The notes beneath the pieces are model-generated. The model saw only the letters and a program-made list of their open reading frames with translations. It did no database searches and was not told the DNA's origin. This document shows positions 16,076 through 16,076 of a stretch of 16,076 nt of DNA, piece after piece (positions within the stretch are counted from its first letter, which is position 1; every line of letters starts with the position of its first letter). This DNA is from Fibrobacteria bacterium (GTDB lineage Bacteria > Fibrobacterota > Fibrobacteria > UBA11236): NCBI GenBank assembly GCA_043732185.1, contig JAYTHY010000014.1:1-16076 (forward strand). Direction: 5' to 3'. Position numbers and translations under genes: made by a program.

Positions 16076-16076
16076 G

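Overview
Bacterial chromosomal window; the secreted TPR-like and lipoprotein genes suggest Fibrobacterota, which is inference only. Left to right: the 3' end of a heme-copper (cytochrome c) oxidase operon (subunit I, a subunit III with a subunit IV-like tail, a second subunit III, a small CxxC membrane protein); a convergent pair of exported proteins (His-motif lipoprotein and TPR-like membrane-anchored protein); an AAA_14/DUF4143 ATPase followed by a fragment of a second one; and a ~1.77 kb decayed integrative islet in the 3' end of tRNA-Pro(CGG). The islet is bounded by a 25-bp att direct repeat and carries an internally deleted HigB-like toxin, an intact HigA-like antitoxin, and HTH and tyrosine-integrase remnants. 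Next come a nitrogen locus (amtB divergent from a beta-barrel porin plus P-II gene, with back-to-back sigma-54 promoters), a DUF4416 protein, a STAS protein, a PfkB kinase, a 4x12-bp tandem repeat, a WYL regulator and the 3' part of gltX. The most notable observations are the oxidase subunit I lacking the K-channel Thr/Lys, the antitoxin-only mini-islet, the His-motif repeat lipoprotein beside the oxidase operon, and the sigma-54 amtB/porin-PII divergon.
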